Source of the DNA: Elusimicrobiota bacterium
Lineage (GTDB): Bacteria > Elusimicrobiota > Elusimicrobia > F11
Assembly: GCA_044221725.1 (NCBI GenBank)
Contig: JBGAON010000003.1
Coordinates: forward strand, 256,001-320,000
DNA length: 64,000 nt
Reading direction: 5' to 3'
Position numbers and translations under genes: made by a program
Part shown: positions 29,073 through 38,750 of the stretch, piece after piece
Position numbering within the stretch: the stretch's first letter is position 1
Layout of the letters: each line of letters starts with the position of its first letter
The notes under the pieces: model-generated
Told to the model about the DNA's origin: nothing
The model's input: only the letters and a program-made list of their open reading frames with translations
Databases searched by the model: none

Positions 29073-30475
29073 CCGAAAGATTTTCGATTGCCGCGCTGGT
29101 GCTCGCTTTTCAGCTCGCCTCGTCGGTCTCGTTCGCGGCGCCGCCGGCGGTGAAGGTGCCGCCGGTTGATTTTAAGCCGGCGCAGGTTGAACGGCTTATG
29201 TTGTCGAATGGCGTTGTGGTCTATCTCAAAGAAGATCACGAATTGCCGACGTTCGATATGACCATGCGCATGAAGACAAGCCCTGCGGACACTCCGGAAT
29301 GGGACGCGTTTGGTTTTCTTGGCACCGTGTGGCGGGCGGGCGGAACAAAAACACGAAAACCGGAAGCGCTCAACGAAGAATTGGAACGCCGCGCCATTTC
29401 GATTGAAACAGGCGTCGACGAGGAAAGCGCCACGGTTTCGTTGTCCTGTCTCTCGAAGAATATTGGAGAAGGAATCGATGTGTTTTCGGACGTGCTGTTC
29501 AATCCAGCGCTCGACGAAACTCAGTTGGTTATTGCGAAAGGAAAAGCGCTCGAAGGAATTCGCCGCAAAAACGACACGCCGGCCCAAATTTCGCGACGGG
29601 CGTTTCGTGATGTCACTTACGGAAAAAGCCACATCTATGCTTACGAACCGACCGAAAAGTCTGTCGCGCGCGTGACACGAAAAACGTTGGCCGACTTGCA
29701 CCGCAAAATTTTGTCGCCCGAACAGGCCATGATCTGCGTGTCGGGCGATTTCAATAAGACGGATCTGTTGGCGCAGCTCGAGCAATATTTCTCGAGCTGG
29801 ACCGCCACGGGCCGCTCGGTGTTGCCGTACGATTACTCGGTTAAGAACGCATCGCCCAGTCGCATCTTCGTCGTTGATAAAGATTTTAACCAGTCGCGTG
29901 TCACGGTGGCGCGTGTTGGCGTGGCCCGTCACACGCCGGATCATTTTGCACTCGAACTCGGAGATTACATTCTCGGCGGAGGCGGCCCTTCGCGTTTGTT
30001 TGGAGAAGTGAGGTCACGCTTGGGGCTCGCGTATGTGGTGGGGAGCTTCGTGCAGGAACCGGCAGGGCCTGGACTTCTTGGTGTGGTTTGCCAGACCAAA
30101 TCCGCATCCACGGTGAAAGCAATTGAGGCGATCAATGCGGAGTTAACGAAGTTTTCGACCACGCTCGTGACGCCGGACGAATTGCGTTTGGCCAAAGACG
30201 CGTCGATTAACTCTTATGTGTTTGGTTTTGATTCGCCGTGGGATCTCGTCAATGCGCGTGCGTCAAACGAATTTTTTGGTTTTCCGCCCGACTATCCGGA
30301 CACCTACACGGAACGCCTCGATTCAATCGGTCGCGAAGATATTCAGCGCGTCGGAAAAAAATATTACGGGCCTGCAAATATGAAGATTTTGGTGGTGGGA
30401 AACGAAAAGAATTTCGATGCGCCGCTGGATTCTTTAGGGAATGTCGTTCACATCCCAATTTCGGAGATTGAGTAA
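29069..30475 (+). CDS. M16 peptidase non-catalytic partner subunit, exported
   Basis: LSNG..VY..EDHELP and ILGGG..SRLF.EVR...GLAY. Lacks HxxEH. ATGA overlap with the catalytic subunit. Confidence 0.9.
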   Translation: MTERFSIAALVLAFQLASSVSFAAPPAVKVPPVDFKPAQVERLMLSNGVVVYLKEDHELPTFDMTMRMKTSPADTPEWDAFGFLGTVWRAGGTKTRKPEALNEELERRAISIETGVDEESATVSLSCLSKNIGEGIDVFSDVLFNPALDETQLVIAKGKALEGIRRKNDTPAQISRRAFRDVTYGKSHIYAYEPTEKSVARVTRKTLADLHRKILSPEQAMICVSGDFNKTDLLAQLEQYFSSWTATGRSVLPYDYSVKNASPSRIFVVDKDFNQSRVTVARVGVARHTPDHFALELGDYILGGGGPSRLFGEVRSRLGLAYVVGSFVQEPAGPGLLGVVCQTKSASTVKAIEAINAELTKFSTTLVTPDELRLAKDASINSYVFGFDSPWDLVNARASNEFFGFPPDYPDTYTERLDSIGREDIQRVGKKYYGPANMKILVVGNEKNFDAPLDSLGNVVHIPISEIE

Positions 30476-31129
30476 TTAGGAAATTTTTGAGCGGACGATA
30501 AAGCCAACAACACCAGCGGCGCTCATGACCATTCCTGTCCGCGCCATGCTGGACACTTGTTCCTTCGAAATTTTCCCTGCTTTTAAGAGGGCCGGAGAAG
30601 CGATCAACGTGCCGAGTCCCAAAAAAAGACAGATGAGCGAGGCAATCAGAAAAATTTTTCGTAGCGGGCTCGCGCCGCTGTCACCGACGCTTACGCCTTG
30701 CGGCATCATCGCCATCGAGAGCGTTATGATATTTTTGTTGCATTGCTGCAGCAGCGCGTTGTCCGGATTGTTTTTTGCGAGCGTGGCGTATTCCGCGTGA
30801 AGTTCGTCGAGAAGTCCCATCTGTTGGCCCACCATGATGTACTGGTTGTGGGCTGTTTCGTTTGTTCGGTCAAGCCGCGCCGCTTTGCGGAAGGCTTCGA
30901 GCGCGTAGCGAAGAAACGTGCGATCTGTTTTCGCTTTGACCCGGCACTGAAAACCAATTTCAAGCTGCGAATTAAAATGATTGGGGTCGAGAATGACGGC
31001 GCGCCGAAATTCCGTCAGCGCAGCGTCGGGTTGGCCATTGGCTTTTAATTCCATGCCGGACTTGTAATGCTTGTCGGCTTCAGAATTGGATGGTGGCTGC
31101 ATCGGTTCGGGTTTTGATTGCTCGTCCAT
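30476..31129 (-). CDS. TPR-repeat protein with two C-terminal transmembrane helices
   Basis: HY..G, A..EFRRA..LDP and A..AFRKA..LD TPR patterns. Two hydrophobic segments at the C-terminus. Confidence 0.7.
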   Translation of the reverse strand: MDEQSKPEPMQPPSNSEADKHYKSGMELKANGQPDAALTEFRRAVILDPNHFNSQLEIGFQCRVKAKTDRTFLRYALEAFRKAARLDRTNETAHNQYIMVGQQMGLLDELHAEYATLAKNNPDNALLQQCNKNIITLSMAMMPQGVSVGDSGASPLRKIFLIASLICLFLGLGTLIASPALLKAGKISKEQVSSMARTGMVMSAAGVVGFIVRSKIS

Positions 31130-31156
31130 CTTTTGTAATTCTGAAGGAAACTCAAC

Positions 31157-31639
31157 ATGAAGTCAAGAACTGATCTCCATATTGTGCTCGTTGAACCCGA
31201 AATTCCTCAGAACACCGGGAACATTGGGCGGACCTGCGTTGGTTTGGACGCTACGCTGCACCTTGTCGGTAAAATTGGTTTCTCGCTCGCTGACAAAGAC
31301 TTGAAACGAGCGGGATTGGATTATTGGCCAAAACTGAAAATCGAACGGCATCTGGCCTGGGAGGAGTTTCTCGCGCGGCGCAACCTTGAGAGTCAAATGG
31401 TTTTCTTCTCAACGCACGGGAAAAAATCTCTCTGGGACATTAAAATTCAATCGCCCTGTTATCTGGTTTTTGGTTCCGAGTCGCGTGGCTTTCCGCCGTC
31501 GTTCTATGAGCGTTACGCGGACGATCTCGTGCGAATCCCAATCAATGGCGAAATCCGGTCGTTGAACCTTTCCACGTCCGCCGGCGTCGCCGCGTTCGAG
31601 GCGATGCGCCAAATACTCAGTTATAATCGCGCCCCATGA
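31157..31639 (+). CDS. trmL: tRNA (cytidine/uridine-34 2'-O)-methyltransferase TrmL (SPOUT)
   Basis: EPEIPQNTGNIGRTC, RAGLDYW, FGSESRG, RSLNLS. Confidence 0.95.
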   Translation: MKSRTDLHIVLVEPEIPQNTGNIGRTCVGLDATLHLVGKIGFSLADKDLKRAGLDYWPKLKIERHLAWEEFLARRNLESQMVFFSTHGKKSLWDIKIQSPCYLVFGSESRGFPPSFYERYADDLVRIPINGEIRSLNLSTSAGVAAFEAMRQILSYNRAP

Positions 31640-33066
31640 TCGAATCACTGCTGGCTGAACTTCCAAAAAAATTCTCAAACGCGACCGTGCCCGCTAACGT
31701 TCGGGCGGAAGCAAAAAAGCGCGTCCTGGATACGCTGGGCTGTTTTTACGGGGCTTACGGGGAGAAGCCCGGCCGTGTGTTGCGCGCGGCGCTGCTCGAG
31801 AATGTCGAAGGAGACGTAGCGTTGTGGGGAACGCCCCGCACGGTGCCCGCTGAGCTAGCGGTGTGGGCAAACGGTACGTGCGTCCGAACGCTTGACTACA
31901 ACGATACCTATCTTTCCAAAGAACCCTGCCATCCAAGCGATTTGATTGCGGCGCTGTGGGCCGCGTGTGAACTTTCCGGCCGAAAGAATCAAGGGAGGTT
32001 GCTGGTCGATGCCATCGTGCTCGGCTACGATGTGATGTGCCGCCTGTGCGATGCGAACTCCATCCGCGTGCGAGGCTGGGATCACGTAACCTATCTACCG
32101 ATCGCGAGCGCCGTGAGTTGCTCCTATATATATGGGCTAAACGCCGAGCAAACGAGACATGCTATTGCGCTGGCTGCCGTGGGAAATAATGCGCTGCGGC
32201 AGACGCGGGTCGGAACCATTTCGGATTGGAAAGCCGCCTGTGCCGCCTACGCCGCTCGGGCGGGATTGGCAGCGGCTCGCCTGGCAGCCGCCGGCTTCAC
32301 GGGTCCGTCGGACATTTTTGCGGGTCGCCACGGTTTCTTTAAGCAGGTGTCCGGAGAATTTAAATTTCCGGAGGGCGCGTTTGGAAGCCCGTGGAAAATA
32401 ATGGAGACGCATACGAAATATTTTCCGGCCGAACATCACGCACAGTCCGCGATCGAAGCGGCCATCACTTTGCGTGGGCATCTTTTCCCTCTCCCTTTAG
32501 GGAGAGGGCAGGGTGAGGGAAAGACCCCCTCGTCCGATAGGCTTCGCCCATCGCCTCTCCCGAAAGGGGGAGGTATAAGGAAAATTATCATCGAAACCTT
32601 CGACGTCGCCGTCTCGATCATCGGCAGCGAAAAAGAAAAATGGTTGCCCACCACGCGCGAGACCGCGGATCACAGCATGCCGTACTTGGTGGTGGCCGCG
32701 CTGCTTGAGGGCGATGTGAATTTGAAGCAGTACGAGCGCAGACTTTTCTTACGCAACGATGTGCGACGTCTCATGAAGCGCGTCGTGGTGAAAAGCAATC
32801 GTGCGTACACGCATCTTTATCCGAAAAAAATGCCCAGCCGTGTTTCAATCGAATTTACGAATGGTCGCCGTGTGAGCGATCTCGTGCTTTTGCCCAAAGG
32901 TTACGCGGGCCGCCCGATGTCGTTGGCCGAGGTGCAATGGAAATTTGAACGCATGGCGTCCCGAGTAATGGGCTCCAATCAACAGCGACGGATTGTTGCT
33001 CTGGTGGATCAATTGGACCGCCTCACAGATTTAAAGATGTTGTCCTCGGCAATGAGACTCGAATGA
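31636..33066 (+). CDS. prpD: MmgE/PrpD family 2-methylcitrate dehydratase (carries an in-frame REP-derived insert)
   Basis: LDYNDTY, HPSD, GWDH, TRETADHS.PY. Adjacent to prpB and prpC. Confidence 0.88.
   Translation: MIESLLAELPKKFSNATVPANVRAEAKKRVLDTLGCFYGAYGEKPGRVLRAALLENVEGDVALWGTPRTVPAELAVWANGTCVRTLDYNDTYLSKEPCHPSDLIAALWAACELSGRKNQGRLLVDAIVLGYDVMCRLCDANSIRVRGWDHVTYLPIASAVSCSYIYGLNAEQTRHAIALAAVGNNALRQTRVGTISDWKAACAAYAARAGLAAARLAAAGFTGPSDIFAGRHGFFKQVSGEFKFPEGAFGSPWKIMETHTKYFPAEHHAQSAIEAAITLRGHLFPLPLGRGQGEGKTPSSDRLRPSPLPKGGGIRKIIIETFDVAVSIIGSEKEKWLPTTRETADHSMPYLVVAALLEGDVNLKQYERRLFLRNDVRRLMKRVVVKSNRAYTHLYPKKMPSRVSIEFTNGRRVSDLVLLPKGYAGRPMSLAEVQWKFERMASRVMGSNQQRRIVALVDQLDRLTDLKMLSSAMRLE
32487..32573. 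repeat. Paired REP-like palindromes inserted in frame in prpD
   Basis: ccctctccct-tt-agggagaggg (32487-32508) followed by cagggtgaggg, and cctctccc-gaaa-gggggagg (32554-32573). Confidence 0.85.
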
Positions 33067-33962
33067 AAAGTCCGGGCCGGCAATTGCGCGCGCTGTTGAA
33101 AAAGCAGCCCGTGGTCATGCCCGGAGCCTACGACGCTTTGAGTGCGCTTATCATCAAGGATGTTGGCTTTGACGCCGGCTATCTGACCGGCGCCGGTCTG
33201 TCGGTTAGCGTTCACGGCAAACCCGACATCGGACTTCTCACGTTGGACGAAGTGACTGACACGATGCGTCGCATCGCGCGGGCGGTCGATCTTCCCTTTC
33301 TCGTGGATGTCGACACCGGTTTCGGCGGTACCGTGAACGTCGAACGCACGGTGCGGGAAATGGAAAAGGCCGGAGCCGCCGCCATCCAAATCGAAGACCA
33401 AGAGTTTCCGAAACGTTGTGGACATCTAAACGGCAAGAAGCTGATTTCGAAGGAAGCGATGGTGGAAAAAATCAAAGCGGCGGTCGCCGCGCGCCGCGGT
33501 CGCGACTTTCTCATCGTCGCCCGCACCGACGCGCGCGGCGTGACCGGGCTTCGCGACGCTTATGCGCGCGCGCAGGCTTACAAAATGGCGGGGGCCGACA
33601 TTATTTTCCCGGAAGCGCTTGAATCGGTGGGAGAATTCCGTTGGTTTGCCAGTCGAAAGGCTCACAAAACCAAGGCCCTTGGAGTTCTTATGGCAAATAT
33701 GACAGAATTCGGTCGCTCACCAGCATTAACAGTTGAGGAGTTGGCTCACCTGGGATACCGGTTGATTCTTTATCCGATGACAGCCTTTCGTGTCGCTGCT
33801 TTTGCGATGGAACGAGCGCTACACCGACTTCATCGAGCCGGCAGCACAACGGCCTTAACAAACCAGATGCAAACGCGAGTGAATCTTTATCGGTTAAATC
33901 GTTACGCCGATTTCGACGAGCGCGAGCAGAAAATTTTAGAAGAAGCGAAAAAAGTTATTTAA
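33063..33962 (+). CDS. prpB: 2-methylisocitrate lyase
   Basis: PGAYD, D.DTGFG, IEDQ..PKRCGH, ARTDA, ANMTEFG. Confidence 0.92.
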   Translation: MKSPGRQLRALLKKQPVVMPGAYDALSALIIKDVGFDAGYLTGAGLSVSVHGKPDIGLLTLDEVTDTMRRIARAVDLPFLVDVDTGFGGTVNVERTVREMEKAGAAAIQIEDQEFPKRCGHLNGKKLISKEAMVEKIKAAVAARRGRDFLIVARTDARGVTGLRDAYARAQAYKMAGADIIFPEALESVGEFRWFASRKAHKTKALGVLMANMTEFGRSPALTVEELAHLGYRLILYPMTAFRVAAFAMERALHRLHRAGSTTALTNQMQTRVNLYRLNRYADFDEREQKILEEAKKVI

Positions 33963-33970
33963 AGGGACAC

Positions 33971-35119
33971 ATGATCGACACAAAAACCGCCCTTCCAGAG
34001 GGGTACAAGCCAGGTCTCGAGGGCATTATCGCCGGGACCAGCTCCATCTCGGAAGTTAACGCCGATAAAGACGCTCTTAGTTACCGTGGTTACGATGCGC
34101 ATGTTCTCGCCGAAAAATCCACCTACGAAGAAGTTAGTCACCTGCTCTTAAAAGGCAAGTTGCCAACCAAAGCAGAGCTCGCCATCTTTCAATCCGAATT
34201 GCGCAAAGAGCGCACGCTTTCCATGTCCGTTCTTAAATTCGTTTCGCAACTTCCCAAGACCATTCACCCTATGATCTTGCTGCGCACAACGGTGGAACTA
34301 ATATCGATGGAAGATCCGGACGGCGATAAAGCCGATGCGGATGCGAGCTTACGAAAAGCGCTTCGTTTGGTGGCCAAAACACCGGTTGTTGTGGCCGCGA
34401 TTTCACGCATGAAGGCCGGTAAAGATCCGATTGCTCCCAAGCCAGAGCTCGATCATGCGGCGAACTTCCTTTATATGACGCTCGGTAGAGAGCCCGAGCC
34501 AGAAGTAGCACGCATTTTCGACGCCACCAATATTCTTTACGCCGACCACGGTTTCAACGCGTCCACGTTTGCCGCTCGCGTAACCGCTTCCACGCTTTCC
34601 GATTTGCATTCGGCCATCATCTCGGCCATCGGTACACTAAAAGGCCCGTTGCACGGCGGCGCCAACGAAGCAGCGATTGAAATGCTGCTCAAAATTGGTG
34701 ATGCGAACGCCGTTGAGGGCTGGGTCAAATCCGCGTTGGCGCGCAAAGAGAAGATTATGGGGTTCGGCCATCGTGTTTATAAGAAACAAGATTCGCGTGC
34801 GCCGTACATGAAAGAGCTGGCCGACCAAATGTCGAAGCGCGTCGGCGACACAAAACTTTTCGCGATGTCGTGCAAACTCGAAGAGCTCATGAAGAAAGAA
34901 AAGAATCTCTTCCCGAACGTGGATTACCACTGCGCGGTTGCCTACTATTTGATGAATCTTCCAATTGAGATCTACACGGCGATCTTCGCGATGTCGCGTA
35001 TGTCGGGCTGGACGGCTCACGTCCTTGAGCAGCACGCGTCCAATCGATTGATTCGCCCCGAGTGTTTCTATACGGGGCCGCGCGACCTAGCGTTCGTTCC
35101 CATCGACCGTCGGAACTAG
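33971..35119 (+). CDS. prpC: 2-methylcitrate synthase / citrate synthase
   Basis: GLEG, YRGY, DHGFNASTF, GPLHGGANE, GFGHRVY, PNVD. prp operon context. Confidence 0.85.
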   Translation: MIDTKTALPEGYKPGLEGIIAGTSSISEVNADKDALSYRGYDAHVLAEKSTYEEVSHLLLKGKLPTKAELAIFQSELRKERTLSMSVLKFVSQLPKTIHPMILLRTTVELISMEDPDGDKADADASLRKALRLVAKTPVVVAAISRMKAGKDPIAPKPELDHAANFLYMTLGREPEPEVARIFDATNILYADHGFNASTFAARVTASTLSDLHSAIISAIGTLKGPLHGGANEAAIEMLLKIGDANAVEGWVKSALARKEKIMGFGHRVYKKQDSRAPYMKELADQMSKRVGDTKLFAMSCKLEELMKKEKNLFPNVDYHCAVAYYLMNLPIEIYTAIFAMSRMSGWTAHVLEQHASNRLIRPECFYTGPRDLAFVPIDRRN

Positions 35120-35134
35120 GCAACCTCCAATCCC

Positions 35135-36532
35135 ATGGCCGCCTCCCGCACCGAAAAAGATTCCATTGGCACAAAAGAAATTCCAGCGAATGCCTATTAC
35201 GGCATCAACGCGCTGCGCGGCCAGGAAAACTTTCCGATCTCCGGTTTAAAAACGCCGCCGCGTTTGATTGACGCCTTCATGTTGATTAAGAAAGCGGCCG
35301 CCCAAGCCAACAAAGAACTTGGCCTCATTAAAGCCGAACAGGCCGACGCCATTTCTCAAGCTTGCGACGACATCTTGAACGGAAAATTCCGCGATCAGTT
35401 TATTGTTGACGTGTTTCAAATGGGCGCGGGCACGGCGCTGCACATGAACGTGAACGAGGTGCTCGCGAATCGTGCGGTTGAAATTCTCGGCGGTTCGAAA
35501 GGCGATTACACAAAGGTAAACCCGAACGACCATGTGAATTTCGGCCAATCAACAAACGATGTGTTCCCGACGGCGATGCGCGTGGCCGCTCGGCTGGCGC
35601 TTAAAGAACTTTTGACCGCAACCGATCAACTGGCCGACGTGTTTTTCGAAAAAGGAAAAGAGTTCGATCATGTGATTAAGTCCGCGCGCACACATTTGCA
35701 GGACGCGGTTCCGATTCGACTTGGACAAGAATTTGCGGCGTACGGTCTGGCGATCAAGCGGTCCGCCGATCGTATTGCGCAGGCGGCCAAAGAAATCGAA
35801 GAGCTCGGAATCGGCGGAAGTGCGGCGGGCACCGGCCTCAACACGCATCCGGCCTACGCGAAACGCGTGGTGGATCTTCTCACGAACGAAACGCGAGTGA
35901 CGTTTCGCCCCGCCGAGGATAAGCGCGAGGCGATGCAAAGCCAGCGCCCTATTGCCGAGGTGTCGTCGGCAATTAAGAATCTTGCGCTGGAAATGACACG
36001 AATTTCGAACGATTTGCGGCTCTTGTCTTCTGGCCCCACCACCGGTTTTGCCGAAATCTTCTTACCGGGTTTGGCAGCGGGCTCCTCGATCATGCCCGGC
36101 AAGGTCAATCCGTCCATGCCCGAAATGCTGAACATGGTCTGTTTCCAAGTGATCGGCAACGATCTTGCAATCTCGATGGCCGTTCAGGCGGGTCAACTGG
36201 AACTGAACGTAATGATGCCACTCATGGCGTTTGATCTGTTGTTCTCGATTGAAATTTTCAAGAACGCTCTCAAGGTGTTCTCGGATTTGTGTGTGAAAGG
36301 GATCACCGCCGATGAAAACAAATGCCGTCGCTACGCCGAGATGTCAATGTCGCTCGTGACCGCCTTGAACCCAATTATCGGTTACGCGAAGGCGGCCGAA
36401 ATTGTGAAAGAAGCACTTAAGTCCGGTAAGACGATCGTCGAGATGATTGAAGAGAAAAAAGTTTTGACGCCTGAAAAATTAAAAGAAGTGCTTAACCTCA
36501 AATCTTTAACCGAACCCGGAGTCCATAAATGA
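35135..36532 (+). CDS. aspA: Aspartate ammonia-lyase (fumarase/aspartase superfamily)
   Basis: R.EKDSIG, GAGT..MN.NE, QSTND.FPT, THLQDA.P, GSSIMPGKVNP. GAGT favours aspartase over FumC (GSGT). Confidence 0.75.
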   Translation: MAASRTEKDSIGTKEIPANAYYGINALRGQENFPISGLKTPPRLIDAFMLIKKAAAQANKELGLIKAEQADAISQACDDILNGKFRDQFIVDVFQMGAGTALHMNVNEVLANRAVEILGGSKGDYTKVNPNDHVNFGQSTNDVFPTAMRVAARLALKELLTATDQLADVFFEKGKEFDHVIKSARTHLQDAVPIRLGQEFAAYGLAIKRSADRIAQAAKEIEELGIGGSAAGTGLNTHPAYAKRVVDLLTNETRVTFRPAEDKREAMQSQRPIAEVSSAIKNLALEMTRISNDLRLLSSGPTTGFAEIFLPGLAAGSSIMPGKVNPSMPEMLNMVCFQVIGNDLAISMAVQAGQLELNVMMPLMAFDLLFSIEIFKNALKVFSDLCVKGITADENKCRRYAEMSMSLVTALNPIIGYAKAAEIVKEALKSGKTIVEMIEEKKVLTPEKLKEVLNLKSLTEPGVHK

Positions 36533-37905
36533 AAAGCCGACTGTTCTTGTTTGCCGCTGTTACCGCTCTTGCGTGGCCCATCGTTCACGCGGATGACGAT
36601 CTTGCGGCGCAAGGGAAGATCTCGTTTGGAATGCACTGTGCGCGTTGCCATGGCGCGGAAGCAAAAGGCGATGGCCCCGACGCAAAGCGGTTGACGGTTG
36701 TCCCGCGCGATATCACCTCCGGAAAATTTAAATTCAAGAGCACCGCATCGGGAACGCCGCCAACCGACGACGATATTGCGAACGGAATCCTCGGCCACGG
36801 TTTGGCGGGTAGCGGTATGCCAAGTTTTGGGGATTTGGATAAAAACGTTCGGGCGGGTCTGGTTGCTTACATAAAAACGATTTCACCGGCGTTTCAAAAC
36901 GGACAAAAACCTGAGCCAATTCCTGATCCGGCCAACAAGAAAGCAAGCCCTGATCTCGCAAAAGGAAAGGAAGTGTTCAATAAATTGCAGTGCGGTCTTT
37001 GTCATGGTCCAAACGGTCATGCGAACGGCACGTCCTCGTTTGCGCTCGTGGATGCGTCGAACCACCCGATCAAGGTGGCCAACCTCACGCAAGGATGGAC
37101 GTATCGTGGGGGCTCCAAGCCGATTGATATTTATCACCGCATTCTTGCCGGAATTGAGGGCGCGCCCATGCCCAGCTACGAAGGCGCTGCGTCACACGAA
37201 GATATTTGGCAGCTTTGCCATTACGTCGCCTCGCTTCAGTTGAAGACGAACTGGTCCAACGAAATCACGGCCACGAAAGTGAGCGGCGCTCTTCCCACAA
37301 AATTGGATGATGCGTTGTGGCAAAAAGCCGTTCGCACCGACGTGAACATGCAGAATTATTTGTACGAAGGCGACCATCGCGCTTCCCTCACGGTAAACGC
37401 GGTGTCCGTGCAAGCTGTTTATAATGAGAGTGCGATTGCGTTTCGAATTTTCTGGGACGACCCGGTTCAAAACAACGGCGACAATATGTCCGATGCGCTG
37501 ATGATCGCGCTGAAACCAAACGATTTCGCAGGCGACACGCGGTCGAATCTTCATACTCTCTATGGTGCGGATGCTCCCGCGCTTGATCTCATGATATGGA
37601 ATGCGTCCACGCCGAAAGCGGTCGCGCAAAACAAATCCAATCTCGCGAGCGCCACGCGTTCAAGTTGGAATCATAATCAAATCCTTGAATCGTCCGCGCA
37701 ATACGAGGACGGTCGTTGGACGATAATGTTCACACGTCCGTTGGAGTTGTCCGGTGCTGACAAAATCGATCCGGCCAGCCATGATGTTCGCTATGTGGGC
37801 TTCGCTGCGTGGGACGGGAAAAATCGTGAATCGGGCATAAAACATTCCACGTCGCAGTGGATTCGCTTGGCGCTCGGCTCAAAATCCCACGGTTCAAAAG
37901 AATAA
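36529..37905 (+). CDS. Periplasmic diheme c-type cytochrome with C-terminal DOMON-like (ethylbenzene dehydrogenase-type) domain
   Basis: Signal peptide. CARCH and CGLCH with distal MPSF and MPSY. C-terminal W.D, GRWT..F.R.L and FAAWDG. Confidence 0.82.
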   Translation: MKSRLFLFAAVTALAWPIVHADDDLAAQGKISFGMHCARCHGAEAKGDGPDAKRLTVVPRDITSGKFKFKSTASGTPPTDDDIANGILGHGLAGSGMPSFGDLDKNVRAGLVAYIKTISPAFQNGQKPEPIPDPANKKASPDLAKGKEVFNKLQCGLCHGPNGHANGTSSFALVDASNHPIKVANLTQGWTYRGGSKPIDIYHRILAGIEGAPMPSYEGAASHEDIWQLCHYVASLQLKTNWSNEITATKVSGALPTKLDDALWQKAVRTDVNMQNYLYEGDHRASLTVNAVSVQAVYNESAIAFRIFWDDPVQNNGDNMSDALMIALKPNDFAGDTRSNLHTLYGADAPALDLMIWNASTPKAVAQNKSNLASATRSSWNHNQILESSAQYEDGRWTIMFTRPLELSGADKIDPASHDVRYVGFAAWDGKNRESGIKHSTSQWIRLALGSKSHGSKE

Positions 37906-37937
37906 CGGCGTTCCCGCCCTGATGTGGCTGGGCCCTT

Positions 37938-38711
37938 ATGCTATCTGTTCAGTCCCATGGTTCCGGCGTACCGCTTGTTTTCTTGCATGCGTTTCCGTTA
38001 TCGCAGCGCATGTGGGAACCCAACAGACCAGCGTTCACGAAGCATTTCCGCTTTATAACGGTTGACCTTCCCGGTTTTGGCGCGTCTCCATTAACGTCTG
38101 ACACGAGCCGCATGGCGGATATGGCCGCCGGCGTTCTCGAAGCGCTCGATTCCATTAAACTCACCGAGAAATTTGTGTTGGGCGGCCTTTCGATGGGCGG
38201 GTATGTTCTTCTGCAGGTTTTGCGTTTGGCTCCCACGCGCATTCGCGCGGCCGCCCTTTTCTCAACGCGTTCGGTGGCCGATTCACCCGAAGCGCGCGAG
38301 AAAAGATTCAAAACGATCGAGTTCGTTCAGAAAGAGGGAGTTCTGCCATTTGCTGGAAAGCAGGTTCAAACGCTTCTCGGAAAATCAACGCAGGTCGAAA
38401 ACAAACCGGTTGTTGATCACGTGAAATCGCTGGTCGAACAGGCGAACCCCAACGGTATTTGTGCGGCGCTTCGAGGTATGGCCGAGCGACCGGATACCAC
38501 CGAGGTCCTTTTGTCCGCGAAAATTCCCAAGCTTTTTGTGGCAGGGCAAGAAGACGTGGTAATTCCGCCCACTGAGATGGAAGACCTTGCGAAAAAAAAT
38601 GCGAACTCGGATTTTCGTATCTTGCCGAAAGCGGGGCATTTGATCAATCTCGAGCAACCGGCCTTATTTAACGATACATTTTTGCATTTCCTGAAGCGTC
38701 GGGTGTTGTAG
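37938..38711 (+). CDS. Alpha/beta hydrolase
   Basis: FLHAFP, DLPGFG, nucleophile GLSMG, G.ED, AGHL..LEQP. Confidence 0.9.
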   Translation: MLSVQSHGSGVPLVFLHAFPLSQRMWEPNRPAFTKHFRFITVDLPGFGASPLTSDTSRMADMAAGVLEALDSIKLTEKFVLGGLSMGGYVLLQVLRLAPTRIRAAALFSTRSVADSPEAREKRFKTIEFVQKEGVLPFAGKQVQTLLGKSTQVENKPVVDHVKSLVEQANPNGICAALRGMAERPDTTEVLLSAKIPKLFVAGQEDVVIPPTEMEDLAKKNANSDFRILPKAGHLINLEQPALFNDTFLHFLKRRVL

Positions 38712-38716
38712 CGCAG

Positions 38717-38742
38717 GGAACCGAATCATAGACCATTTGTTA
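38717..38742 (+). promoter_or_regulatory. Putative autoregulatory ECF sigma promoter GGAAC-N17-GTT
   Basis: GGAAC at 38717-38721, 17 nt spacer, GTTA at 38739-38742, immediately upstream of a SigH/SigR-like sigma gene. Confidence 0.65.
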
Positions 38743-38750
38743 TACTGGCC

